A DNA stretch of 64,000 bases from a bacterium. GTDB lineage: Bacteria > Electryoneota > Electryoneia > Electryoneales > Electryoneaceae. Location of the stretch: assembly GCA_963669175.1 (NCBI GenBank), contig OY769902.1:3136001-3200000 (forward strand), written 5' to 3'. Every line of letters starts with the position of its first letter. Positions within the stretch are counted from its first letter, which is position 1. The notes beneath the pieces are model-generated. The model saw only the letters and a list, made by a program, of their open reading frames with translations. It searched no databases and was not told where the DNA came from. This document shows positions 28,869-38,254 of this stretch, piece after piece. A program made the position numbers and the translations under genes.

Positions 28869-30236
28869 TTACATCTGCATTAAAATTTCCTGATCCAGCT
28901 TGCGCCAGTGTATCGAACGAATAAAACTGTCAACATCTTCATGGGACATGGAGAGTGATTTGAAATAACTTCCCAGCCTGTTTGTAGAGATCCTTTCGAT
29001 CTCAAGCCCAGCCTTGAACTTTGTGACGATAAGATCTGACAGGTGAACGATATGCGTCAGGCTGGATGTTGATTTCATCTTTTCCGGGTTGTGATGATAG
29101 CCAATCGGGCCACGGAAAACATCCGGCAACTGCCAGCTTTTGGCCAACAATAGTCCGATTTCCTGGTGGTTCATGCCGAACCATTCACTTTCCACATCGA
29201 TTGCCGCCATGTTCTGCAGCATCACTTTTCGCATGAAGCGGTTGTACATCTTTGATACAAACTGATCCAGGATCACCTTGCCGATATCATGCAGCAAACC
29301 GGCCGTATACGCAATTGCGGTATCCGGGTAATCCAGGTACATCGCCAGTAGTTCGCTGATACGCGCAACATATAGCGAATGATGATACATACCACCTTTT
29401 CGCAGAGAATAACCGTCCGTAGGGTGAGAGCTGAAATAGGGCTCTATGGACATTGCCAGCAGGATCTGGAGGAATCGTTTTTCACCGATGTAAGTGAAAG
29501 CGTGATCAATCGTGGATATCTCTCGTTTTGGAGAATAAAGCGCGCTGTTGCATATACGAAGGACACGGGCAGTAAGAACCTGGTCTGTATTGACCAGGAT
29601 AGATACGGCTCGAACCGAGTAATCATCATCGGATAACATGTTCATCACTTTCAGGGTAACCTGGGGAATAGGCTGGATAGCTTCCAAGGCTCTGAGAAGC
29701 TTATCAACGGTTACCGTCTCCTTGGAATCCGATTTACTTGAAGAGATACGGGCATAGGGCTCAATTTTGGTTTCAAAAGTCTCCATATTCAGGCAAACCT
29801 GGTAACCGAAATAACCGCCAGTTTCAGCATTGGAAACGATAATGCCTTCTGAAGAGAGATGTTGCTTGATTATATCAACGGTACGTCCGCCAATGTCCAG
29901 CAGGGGATCATTTTTTGCCAGTGAAGAAAGCAATGCGCCTCCAGCGATAACAGCTTCGATGTTCTCAACAGAAGCTCCCTTTTCAATCATGGCGCGAAGA
30001 AAGAGAGGCATCCCCAGGGAAGCGTATGCTTTTTGTTCGTCTGCCGGAATAGAGCTGAGTGGAGGTTCTGGAAGAATCGCGTGGTAAAGTCCGCTTACGC
30101 CTGCTTTCTTGTCAATCAGGATAACGCTAACACAAGTGCCTAGTATGGCGCTGACTTGCCTGGATACTTTTCTGTCAACAGCAAATTCACCTGAAGGGAT
30201 ACTCTCGTTGTGGATGCAGGAATGATTAACTGTCAT
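28869..30236 (-). CDS. CheD-HDOD fusion protein
   Basis: N-terminal ILGTCVSV..GLYHAILP..IAGGA..ETGG (CheD); C-terminal DQVLTARVLRICNS, AGLLHDIGK, W.LP..I.YHH (HDOD). Confidence 0.88.
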   Translation of the reverse strand: MTVNHSCIHNESIPSGEFAVDRKVSRQVSAILGTCVSVILIDKKAGVSGLYHAILPEPPLSSIPADEQKAYASLGMPLFLRAMIEKGASVENIEAVIAGGALLSSLAKNDPLLDIGGRTVDIIKQHLSSEGIIVSNAETGGYFGYQVCLNMETFETKIEPYARISSSKSDSKETVTVDKLLRALEAIQPIPQVTLKVMNMLSDDDYSVRAVSILVNTDQVLTARVLRICNSALYSPKREISTIDHAFTYIGEKRFLQILLAMSIEPYFSSHPTDGYSLRKGGMYHHSLYVARISELLAMYLDYPDTAIAYTAGLLHDIGKVILDQFVSKMYNRFMRKVMLQNMAAIDVESEWFGMNHQEIGLLLAKSWQLPDVFRGPIGYHHNPEKMKSTSSLTHIVHLSDLIVTKFKAGLEIERISTNRLGSYFKSLSMSHEDVDSFIRSIHWRKLDQEILMQM

Positions 30237-30392
30237 CTCTTCCTCGTTATGGTTGGGCGGCTCTCCCAGACAGGTGTCCCGAATTTTACAACAGATTCAT
30301 AATTTTTTTTCGCAATCCTCAGTGGACATTCAGGTTCCAGATTTATTTACTTAGGTGCGACATAGACTAGCGCATTCACTACGGGACATCAC

Positions 30393-31325
30393 ATGAATAG
30401 TATAGTCTTAGAAGTAGATAATTTGCAACGAAAATATGGCTCCCTTGAAGCGGTCAGGGATATCTCGTTTTCGGTGCATGCGGGTGAGATTTTTGGCATG
30501 GTTGGGCCGAATGGAGCCGGGAAGACAACGACTGTGGAATGCATCGAAGGGTTGCGTACCGCCTCTGCCGGCACAATACAGGTACTGGGACTTGATCCGG
30601 TGAAAGACGGTGAGAAATTAAAACAGCGTATCGGCATGCAGCTCCAGGAAGCTTCTCTGCCAGATCGTTTGCATGTGTGGGAGGCGATGAAACTGTTTGC
30701 CTCTCTTTACGATAAACACCTGGACTGTGACACTTTACTGGAAGCTGTCGGGCTGGCTGAGAAAAGAAATACAGCGTTTGCCAAGCTGTCCGGAGGACAG
30801 AAACAACGCCTCTTTGTCGCGCTCTCCATGCTCAATGATCCCGAGGTGATCTTCCTTGACGAATTGACAACCGGGCTTGACCCGCATGCAAGGCGACTGA
30901 TGTGGGAACTGGTTGAGCAGCTTCGCAGTCGTGGGAAAACGATTATCCTGACAACACATTATATGGAAGAGGCGCAAAGGCTGTGTGATCGTGTTGCGAT
31001 TGTCGAAAAAGGACAGATCATTGCACTGGATTCACCGGAAGCGTTGATCCAGAATCTTGGCGTGGAACAATGTGTGTCATTCTCCATAGATCCTGAGGCA
31101 AATCTTGAGAAGCTTGAGGGGATGGACAGGGTAAAACGTGTTGAGAGAAGTGGTGAGAAAACTCGTGTGTATGGCGCTGATGAACAGGTTGTTGTTGATG
31201 TCGTGCAATACCTGGTTGCAGAGAAAATTCCGATTCGTGAACTGAAAACAGAACAGGCCACCCTGGAAGATGTATATCTCCAGGTCACAGGACAGGAATA
31301 TGCCAGGAATGGGGGGGATGCTTGA
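30393..31325 (+). CDS. ABC-2 type exporter ATP-binding protein
   Basis: GPNGAGKTT, LSGGQ, FLDELTTGLD, TTHYMEEA. Confidence 0.95.
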   Translation: MNSIVLEVDNLQRKYGSLEAVRDISFSVHAGEIFGMVGPNGAGKTTTVECIEGLRTASAGTIQVLGLDPVKDGEKLKQRIGMQLQEASLPDRLHVWEAMKLFASLYDKHLDCDTLLEAVGLAEKRNTAFAKLSGGQKQRLFVALSMLNDPEVIFLDELTTGLDPHARRLMWELVEQLRSRGKTIILTTHYMEEAQRLCDRVAIVEKGQIIALDSPEALIQNLGVEQCVSFSIDPEANLEKLEGMDRVKRVERSGEKTRVYGADEQVVVDVVQYLVAEKIPIRELKTEQATLEDVYLQVTGQEYARNGGDA

Positions 31326-32077
31326 TGAAAGGGCTATGGACGCTAACCTGGATACAGATCAAGCTTTTCTTTCGTGAACCAGCGGCATTCTTCTTCACGC
31401 TTGCCTTTCCGGCAATCATGCTCCTGCTGATGGGCGGTATTTTTGGGCAGGGAAACAGGGTGATTGAAGGCTACCTGGAGAATTATGGGATTGTGGACGC
31501 CATGGTTCCCGGTTTTATTGCCATGGTTATTGGCACCATTGCTCTGATGGGAATTCCGGAAGAAACAGCCACGATGCGTGAAAAGCACATCCTCCGCCGT
31601 TTCCATGCGAGCCCATTGAAGCCAATGACTTATCTTGGGGCTGATCTGCTTTCCAATTTTATGATGATCGTGGTAGGGATTATCATCCTGATCATCATTG
31701 GTATACCTGTTTTTGACTTGCGCATGCCGGCGTCCATTTTTGGTGTGTGTGTCGCATTTGTGTACGGTACACTTTCCTTCTTCGCGTTTGGATATCTGTT
31801 GGCGGCACTGGCTTCAACACCACGTGTGGCGCAGGTTGTCGGCAATGTCCTCTACTTCCCGAACCTGTTCCTTTCAGGCGCAACATTTCCTGTGGAGATT
31901 ATGCCCAAGACCATGCAGGAAATCTCAAAGTTCATGCCGCTCACCTATGTTGTTCGAATCCTGAAAGGGCAGTGGCTGGGCGAGGGGTGGGGTGAGCTGA
32001 CCGTCAGCCTGATCATTGTGGGAGGGATTCTGGTTGTTTCCGCACTCGTGGCGGCAAAGCTGTTCAGGTGGGAATAA
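31322..32077 (+). CDS. ABC-2 type exporter permease
   Basis: About six TM helices; FLSGATFP..MP..PLTY; overlaps the ATPase gene. Confidence 0.92.
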   Translation: MMKGLWTLTWIQIKLFFREPAAFFFTLAFPAIMLLLMGGIFGQGNRVIEGYLENYGIVDAMVPGFIAMVIGTIALMGIPEETATMREKHILRRFHASPLKPMTYLGADLLSNFMMIVVGIIILIIIGIPVFDLRMPASIFGVCVAFVYGTLSFFAFGYLLAALASTPRVAQVVGNVLYFPNLFLSGATFPVEIMPKTMQEISKFMPLTYVVRILKGQWLGEGWGELTVSLIIVGGILVVSALVAAKLFRWE

Positions 32078-32096
32078 GTGTTTTTCGAGTGGACTA

Positions 32097-32124
32097 GTGG
32101 ACCATAGCAGGTGCAATGGTCCAC
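32097..32124. mobile_element. 28 bp TA-flanked hairpin, minimal MITE derivative
   Basis: TA-GTGGACCATAGCAGGTGCAATGGTCCAC-TA; last 22 bp match 15639-15660 at 20/22. Confidence 0.65.
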
Positions 32125-32813
32125 TATGGCAGTTTTTCCGGGAAACCGCTCAATACGTACATGACCAGGTTTGTTCCCATTTTCAGGGCTGCGGTATGTT
32201 TCTCCGGGGGATCATTATGGACATCAGGATCTTCCCAGCCATCCCCCAGGTCACATTCATAAGAATAAAACAGCACAACCCTGCCATTGACTACAATCCC
32301 GAATCCCTGGGCCGGTTTCCCGTCATGTTCGTGTATCTTGGGTAAACCATTGGGAAAGTCGTAGGCGATATGATAGATCGGATGCGTAAAGGGGAGTTCA
32401 ACGAGACTGTATTCAGGGAAGACCTTTTTCAGCTCACGCCGCAACGATTCATTCAACCCGTAATTATCATCAATATGCAGAAAACCTCCGCCCAGCAAGT
32501 ACTCGCGAAGTCGGGATGCCTCTTCCGGTGATAAAACCAGGTTGCCATGTCCAGTAAGATAAAGGTAGGGGTGGGCAAACAGGTCTTCATCGGTCAGACT
32601 GACCACATCTTCGCTGTTCGCAGTTTCCAGCCCGGTATTTTCACGCAGGAACTTCTGCAGGTTCACAAGGGAAGAGGGATCGCCATACCAGTCACCCCCG
32701 CCGGAATACTTCACACGAGCAATGGCAAAAGGTTCAGCCTGCACGAAGGCCGAACCTGAAAAAAGCATTACAAGGGATAACAGCAATACCTGCCTGCGAA
32801 ATGATGCTACCAT
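32124..32813 (-). CDS. DUF4159 domain secreted protein
   Basis: Signal peptide; IARVKYSGGGDWY, YLTGHG, GGFLHIDDNYG, GLPKIHEHDG, DLGDGWED. Confidence 0.9.
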   Translation of the reverse strand: MVASFRRQVLLLSLVMLFSGSAFVQAEPFAIARVKYSGGGDWYGDPSSLVNLQKFLRENTGLETANSEDVVSLTDEDLFAHPYLYLTGHGNLVLSPEEASRLREYLLGGGFLHIDDNYGLNESLRRELKKVFPEYSLVELPFTHPIYHIAYDFPNGLPKIHEHDGKPAQGFGIVVNGRVVLFYSYECDLGDGWEDPDVHNDPPEKHTAALKMGTNLVMYVLSGFPEKLP

Positions 32814-32818
32814 TGCAC

Positions 32819-33490
32819 TCAGTATCCAGTTGTATCCGGAACAGAATATTCTACCAGTATCGTCTCGAAACTTCCCATCTTGTGGAACAACTGACCGACA
32901 CCTTTGGCGTAGGCTGTCCACGTAGTGTCCTGCTCGGTAACAACACCGTCCAGTTTGGTAACCTGGATTTCACGTATGACAATTGTTTCTGACCATGTTC
33001 CAGCCATGACGGTTATTGTACTGTCAACAGCGACAATGGTTGCATCGGAATAGTATACCGAGCGCGCTCCTTCGCTGCTCTGTGTACGCCAGGTTCGCCC
33101 TGAATCCGGTGGAACGATAAAATAGGATTTAACTGAATTACTGCCATCAGCAGGTGTGACAATCAGTTCGTCAAAGTCCCAGTAAATCAACCATGCCTGA
33201 TCATCACCGTCGCCGGAAATCAGGACATCAGCGCTGTCAGCCCAGGAGCCCTGATGCGTATTAACGACTACATAACGGTAATCGATACTCTCTGAATTTC
33301 TATACCGCCAGTATGATCCTTCGATTAAAGGAAAATAATCACGGTACTCAGCGAAAGGATCCTCGTTTCTATCTGATACCGTAGAATCCTCATTACATCC
33401 TGTACAGGCAATCATCATTGCCAGAACAGAACAGAGCAGGAGGATTAAAGCTCCGAATCTAGAATGGGTGCGGTTCGAGTCCAAGTTCAT
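32819..33490 (-). CDS. Hypothetical lipoprotein
   Basis: Hydrophobic leader with ACTGC lipobox; YFPL..GSYWRY and YAKGVG motifs; start uncertain. Confidence 0.7.
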   Translation of the reverse strand: MNLDSNRTHSRFGALILLLCSVLAMMIACTGCNEDSTVSDRNEDPFAEYRDYFPLIEGSYWRYRNSESIDYRYVVVNTHQGSWADSADVLISGDGDDQAWLIYWDFDELIVTPADGSNSVKSYFIVPPDSGRTWRTQSSEGARSVYYSDATIVAVDSTITVMAGTWSETIVIREIQVTKLDGVVTEQDTTWTAYAKGVGQLFHKMGSFETILVEYSVPDTTGY

Positions 33491-34535
33491 GTAGCACCTT
33501 CCCCAAGAGAGTCTTCCGCTCCTGGTAAGGCAGGAATGCGGATTTAAATCCCATAATAATGATGTCTTCAAGCGCTTCCCTGGAAAACCCAAGTTTCGTA
33601 TGAGCCAGAAAAAGCTCATCGCTGACGGTTGTCGCACTCATCAAACGGTTATCCGTATTGATGGTAACGCGTAAACCGAAATCATAATAGAAGCGAATAG
33701 GATGCTCATCCAATGACGGCACTGTGCCGACATGGACATTGGATGAAATACAACACTCGAGGGGGATGCGGTTGTCGTTTACATAATTTAATAAATCTCC
33801 GTCCTCTTTCAAACGGGTGCCATGCCCGATTCGATGAGCGCTTAGATCGTGCAACGCCTGCTTGATTGAGCCCGGTCCCCACGCTTCACCGGCATGTACC
33901 GTGGAGTGAATGTTATTGTTCCTGATCAGATAAAATGCCTGGGCATGATCTTTGGCCGGATACTGGTCTTCCTTACCGGCAAGGTCAAATGCGAAGACAC
34001 CACGATTTTTATAGGCAACGGTCAGTTCTGCCAGCCGGATGGATACCTTCGGCTCAATGGATCGTATCCCGCAAACAATGACCCCAGTCTTTATTCCGGT
34101 CGCCGCTTCACCACGCTTCAAGCCACGCAGCACCGCATCCATGACTTGTGTAAGCTTGAGCCCTTTCTCCTGGTGAAGGATGGGGGAGAAGCGGACTTCC
34201 AGATACCAGACGCCATCAGCCCAGGCATCTTCACACAATTCGAAAGCAATACGCTCTATCGATTCTTCATCCTGCATGACAGAAAGTGTAATATCAAACG
34301 CACGGAGATAATCGGCGAGGCTTTTTACATTCGCGCCTGCTTCGACAATCTTGCGCAGGTCGGCTTCATTGTCGGCTGGCAGTTTCATGCCTCTCTCTTT
34401 GGTCAACTCGAGCATGGTTGAGACACGCAGGGAGCCGTCAAGGTGACAATGCAAGTCCGTCTTTGGCATTGCCCGGATATCTTCAATCGTGAGTTCTTTC
34501 TGGTTTGCTTTCCTGGGAGTTTTCTTTTCAGACAC
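33459..34535 (-). CDS. add: Adenosine deaminase
   Basis: PKTDLHCHLDGS, TVHAGE, RIGHG, ECCISSN, INTDN. Confidence 0.93.
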   Translation of the reverse strand: MSEKKTPRKANQKELTIEDIRAMPKTDLHCHLDGSLRVSTMLELTKERGMKLPADNEADLRKIVEAGANVKSLADYLRAFDITLSVMQDEESIERIAFELCEDAWADGVWYLEVRFSPILHQEKGLKLTQVMDAVLRGLKRGEAATGIKTGVIVCGIRSIEPKVSIRLAELTVAYKNRGVFAFDLAGKEDQYPAKDHAQAFYLIRNNNIHSTVHAGEAWGPGSIKQALHDLSAHRIGHGTRLKEDGDLLNYVNDNRIPLECCISSNVHVGTVPSLDEHPIRFYYDFGLRVTINTDNRLMSATTVSDELFLAHTKLGFSREALEDIIIMGFKSAFLPYQERKTLLGKVLHELGLEPHPF

Positions 34536-34745
34536 GGTAGGATTCCTCTCTTAAATGACTGATCCTTTTAGAGTTGTTGAAAACGGTGTAACAATAAGTT
34601 CGATGCTTTGAGCTATTGAGGTATCTTCAATATTACGTATAATCGTAACAACCCGTAAAATGACACTTGTTCAACTTACCGGTAAAGAATACGCCGTTCA
34701 TCAAACTTCCCATAGTTTACGCAAAGCTTTGGTATTCAGCAAGGG

Positions 34746-34777
34746 AAAAAAACAGACCATCGCTGCCACGATGGTCT
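34746..34777 (-). terminator. Intrinsic terminator after the STAS/small-ORF pair
   Basis: AGACCATCG/CGATGGTCT perfect stem with a T7 run on the minus strand. Confidence 0.8.
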
Positions 34778-34837
34778 ATCAGCAAGGGGTTCTGCCGTCC
34801 GTACGGACATCCAGTCGTTCAGGCCTGGATACTACAA

Positions 34838-35065
34838 TCAAACAAGGATCTGGTAGTCCTTTTGTGTATCGAACATCGCCAGCATATTGTTTCGGTCATA
34901 GGTGACCAGTTTTCTTTGATGGGCCGGGATTTGGGTTGTGCCGATCGCGTCCGGTACTTTCGGTTCACCTGCTACATTTCGCGTGCGAACACGCAAATTG
35001 TAGTTTATCTGGGGATTGCCGACCTGCCAGGCCCCCCGGAACAGATGTACCGAATAGTCCGCCAT
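34838..35065 (-). CDS. Small hypothetical protein (75 aa)
   Basis: Starts immediately after the STAS stop, GAGG upstream, terminator downstream. Confidence 0.55.
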   Translation of the reverse strand: MADYSVHLFRGAWQVGNPQINYNLRVRTRNVAGEPKVPDAIGTTQIPAHQRKLVTYDRNNMLAMFDTQKDYQILV

Positions 35066-35066
35066 G

Positions 35067-35492
35067 TTACCCGATTATCCTCGTGAGTTTTTCCTGTTCA
35101 GCACGTTTTCCGTTTTCAGTCAGAGCGCCTTCCGCCATGATGGCGCTGTTAAGCCCCGTAGTTCGGACGACAAGGGGATTGTTGAGCCAGAGGAATCGTG
35201 ACTCCAGGCCAAACCAGCCCATGGCAACGCGCAGGAACCAGGGCGCTCCGGCCAGGACCAGCTCGCCATCAACTCGTTGCAGGTGAATCCAGGTATTCAG
35301 CAATCCGGCGAAAAGAGTGGAGTGGAGGAAGTGCATACCACGAAGGTTCAGGACAATACGACGGCAGCCCTGCTCGATCTCCCGTAACATGATCTCCTCA
35401 AGTCCGCCCTGGAGATCACTGTCAACGGCGGATCCTACCTGTATATATGTGGTGTAGCGTTCCCGCTTGAGCGGGTAGGTTTTAATCTTCAT
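35067..35492 (-). CDS. STAS domain protein (anti-sigma factor antagonist-like)
   Basis: RIVLNLRGMHFLHSTLFAGLL..GELVLAG pattern; GGAG RBS. Confidence 0.75.
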   Translation of the reverse strand: MKIKTYPLKRERYTTYIQVGSAVDSDLQGGLEEIMLREIEQGCRRIVLNLRGMHFLHSTLFAGLLNTWIHLQRVDGELVLAGAPWFLRVAMGWFGLESRFLWLNNPLVVRTTGLNSAIMAEGALTENGKRAEQEKLTRIIG

Positions 35493-35507
35493 GGACTCTC
35501 CAGCCTC

Positions 35508-35534
35508 TCAAGTTCCTCAATAAAGTGCCGATAT
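35508..35534 (+). promoter_or_regulatory. sigma28 (FliA/WhiG)-like promoter
   Basis: TCAAG-N14-GCCGATAT. Confidence 0.6.
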
Positions 35535-35831
35535 AAGATATGCAGAAGTGTCTCTTTGATAAATGAAAGCAATCGTTGTGCCATCTGGTTTTTGTTGTGC
35601 AATTTAGCTATGTCGTGTTCATATGTACTTGTTATTATAAAGTTTGAGTCGAGCGGCTCGCATTGCTGGAATGAGTTGCTTTGCCTCGCTAGTGCAACGA
35701 AAAGGTCTCGCCTCTTTTTTACTCCCGTTAAATCCGCGTGGTTGTTGATGTTCCCGGAATTGGCCCGGTTGAACTTGATCTTGTTGGGTAGGGATCTCTG
35801 CTTTTGTGCCTCAAATTGCTGAAGTGGGAAG

Positions 35832-35858
35832 TCAAGGTTTGTGGTGAAATGCCGATAG
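35832..35858 (+). promoter_or_regulatory. sigma28-like promoter for ORF 35892
   Basis: TCAAG-N14-GCCGATAG, 33 bp before the ATG. Confidence 0.7.
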
Positions 35859-35891
35859 AGAGGGGGTACCAGAAGAAAAAAGTGGAGCGGT

Positions 35892-36182
35892 ATGGTCGCT
35901 CGGGTCTCATCGGAAGTGCCGCAAATACAAACCGTTAAACCAGTTCGGCCTGTTGAATCACAAGACAGGGTATCTGGTGACGGTACGTTTACGTCTCAAC
36001 CGGACACGGTTGAAACGGCAACCTATCCTAACCGACCGGCTACCTCCTGGAACAATGCTTCAGGTCACGCCATGTACCAGAAGGTACAGGCGCTTTTCGA
36101 TGGTGAGTTCTCCAGCCAGAACACCTCACCAGATGTCATGCAGGATCAGGATATCGGCAGACATATTGACAATTATGCCTGA
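35892..36182 (+). CDS. Hypothetical protein (96 aa)
   Basis: GGAG RBS, upstream sigma28-like promoter, C-terminal GRHIDNYA. Confidence 0.7.
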   Translation: MVARVSSEVPQIQTVKPVRPVESQDRVSGDGTFTSQPDTVETATYPNRPATSWNNASGHAMYQKVQALFDGEFSSQNTSPDVMQDQDIGRHIDNYA

Positions 36183-36228
36183 TTGTCCTCAACGCTTGGA
36201 TTGGTTGTTTACTCCACAGTGTTTTTCA

Positions 36229-37581
36229 TCATTCCCAGTTTCGTATTCCATCCTTTGTCGTGATAGCCTTGATCAGTGGTGAAAAAGCGGGTGGTTCTTC
36301 GCTGTATTGGATCGTGTTTTTGAGGCGTGGCAGAGTGGCTTCGCAACGCTGTTTCTCTGCGGCAAAGAGGGAAGCGACCGGTTGTCCTTTCTCCACCTTG
36401 TCGCCAGGTTTGGCATAAAACAGGATTCCGGCGGCCGGGTCAATATCATCTCCGGTCTTTTGTCGTCCAGCCCCTAGTTCGACACCACAGTAGCCAACTT
36501 CACGAGCGTGGATGCCGCTGATGTAACCATCCATGTCAGCAGCAATCACGACGGATTGCGCATCCGGGTGTGGTGCAGGGATCCGTTCAAACGCATCCGG
36601 ATCAGCGCCCTGGGCGAATGCAACTTCCTTGAACTTCTTCAATCCCTCGCCATTGGCCAGCACTGTCTCCAGTTTATTGATTCCGCTATTAATATCCGGT
36701 GAAAGTCCGGTTAGCTGCATCAAGGTGCCGCCCAGCGCCATGGTTAAATCGTGCAGGTCATCAGATAGTTTTTCGTTCTTGAGATAGGCGATACTCTCCG
36801 CTGCTTCCAATCCGTTACCAACCGTATAGCCAATCGGGGCATTCATATCCGTAATCAGCGCCGCAGCGTTCAGACCGAATGTGTTGGCGGTCTTCACCAG
36901 CCATTTTGACAGTTCACGAGCTTCATCTTCCGTAGCCATGAAAGCGCCATGACCGCATTTTACATCGAACACAATCGCTTCAATCCCTTCAGCGATTTTC
37001 TTTGACAGGATGGAGGATGTAATAAGAGGGAGTGAACGAATCGTGCCGGTAACTCCACGCAAGGCATACATCTTTCTGTCGGCAGGCACCAGGTCATCCG
37101 TTTGAGCGCCGAATGCAAGACCGTATTGACGAACCAGGTCAATCAGTTCTTCGATGCCCAGGTCGGTTCTGAAGCCGGGAATGGATTCGAGTTTATCCAG
37201 AGTCCCGCCAGTGAAGCCCAGACCACGGCCGGTTACCGTAGGAACCGCCATCCCGGCTGCAGCAAGCAGCGGGGCAAGCATCAGCGTGATCTTGTCGCCA
37301 ACTCCGCCGGTACTGTGTTTGTCGCCAATAGGCATACCGAGATTCGGAAAGTGAATTCGCTTCCCTGTATTGATCATGGCGTCAGTCAGGTTGGCCGTTT
37401 CCTGGGTGGTCATGCCTTTAAACCAGACAGCCATCATCCACGCTGAAAGCTGCGCTTCCATGATGTCGCCATGGGTTGCGCCCTGGATGAAGCTCGCCAG
37501 CTCTTCCGCGGGGTGTTCTTCGCCTTGTTGCTTCTGCAGGATGAATTCGTACGGAATTCGCATCTGGTACTCCCGGTTCAT
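36229..37581 (-). CDS. Thymidine/pyrimidine-nucleoside phosphorylase
   Basis: DKHSTGGVGDK, GRGLGFTGGTLDKLESIPG, VPADRKMYALR, SILSKKIA, DVKCG, LGAGR. Confidence 0.95.
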   Translation of the reverse strand: MNREYQMRIPYEFILQKQQGEEHPAEELASFIQGATHGDIMEAQLSAWMMAVWFKGMTTQETANLTDAMINTGKRIHFPNLGMPIGDKHSTGGVGDKITLMLAPLLAAAGMAVPTVTGRGLGFTGGTLDKLESIPGFRTDLGIEELIDLVRQYGLAFGAQTDDLVPADRKMYALRGVTGTIRSLPLITSSILSKKIAEGIEAIVFDVKCGHGAFMATEDEARELSKWLVKTANTFGLNAAALITDMNAPIGYTVGNGLEAAESIAYLKNEKLSDDLHDLTMALGGTLMQLTGLSPDINSGINKLETVLANGEGLKKFKEVAFAQGADPDAFERIPAPHPDAQSVVIAADMDGYISGIHAREVGYCGVELGAGRQKTGDDIDPAAGILFYAKPGDKVEKGQPVASLFAAEKQRCEATLPRLKNTIQYSEEPPAFSPLIKAITTKDGIRNWE

Positions 37582-37647
37582 GATGTTGTTCTGGGAAAAA
37601 TATACGGATGAAATGAAAAGGATACTCCAGGGGAGAGCGAAGGAATA

Positions 37648-38184
37648 TCAGGCAGCGGTTTCGCTTTCTTTGATGTTCGCGGTCATTTCATTGATACGGA
37701 ACTGCAACGCGGAGCGTTTCTCTTTTGGGAGTTCCAGCCAACGGCCGCGCATGGTAGCTGTTTCCTGATCCTTGTTACGAGTTACCCAGAGGACAAAGAA
37801 ACGCTCGTTACGCAGTATGCCGAACTCACGAGATTCCGGTTTGGTGAGAGTATAATTGGATGCGGCTGCGATTCCTGCGACAGGAGTCAGTAAGCGAACC
37901 CCACCGATTGATACGTCCAGTATTTTGGCTTCATAGGACTTCGAAGTATCGGGTTGTTGAAGTAAGACAGGGATATCGACATCAACACGGGTGAACCTGC
38001 GGCGGTTCTTTTTACGGAACATGCTGCTTGTGGTTGCGGTAATGATTTGATTTTTCTGATATTGATAGCCGAAATACATCAAGACAATGAAGATCAGACA
38101 GATTACGATGATGCCAATAATATTGAGCACCGCCGATTGCCCAGTCAGCCCTTCGCTGATCGCTCGTAATCTTTCTTCAGCCAT
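37648..38184 (-). CDS. Membrane-anchored PilZ domain protein
   Basis: N-terminal TM helix; RRRFTR and DVSIGG c-di-GMP-binding motifs. Confidence 0.85.
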   Translation of the reverse strand: MAEERLRAISEGLTGQSAVLNIIGIIVICLIFIVLMYFGYQYQKNQIITATTSSMFRKKNRRRFTRVDVDIPVLLQQPDTSKSYEAKILDVSIGGVRLLTPVAGIAAASNYTLTKPESREFGILRNERFFVLWVTRNKDQETATMRGRWLELPKEKRSALQFRINEMTANIKESETAA

Positions 38185-38214
38185 CGTCTCCCCGGAAAAA
38201 CAGTTGTACTACTG

Positions 38215-38241
38215 TTATCGCATTATTTATGACCAGCTTAA
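38215..38241 (-). promoter_or_regulatory. Possible sigma28-like promoter for the PilZ gene
   Basis: TTAAG-N14-TGCGATAA on the minus strand, 30 bp before the ATG. Confidence 0.45.
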
Positions 38242-38254
38242 TGTAAGCATGCTT

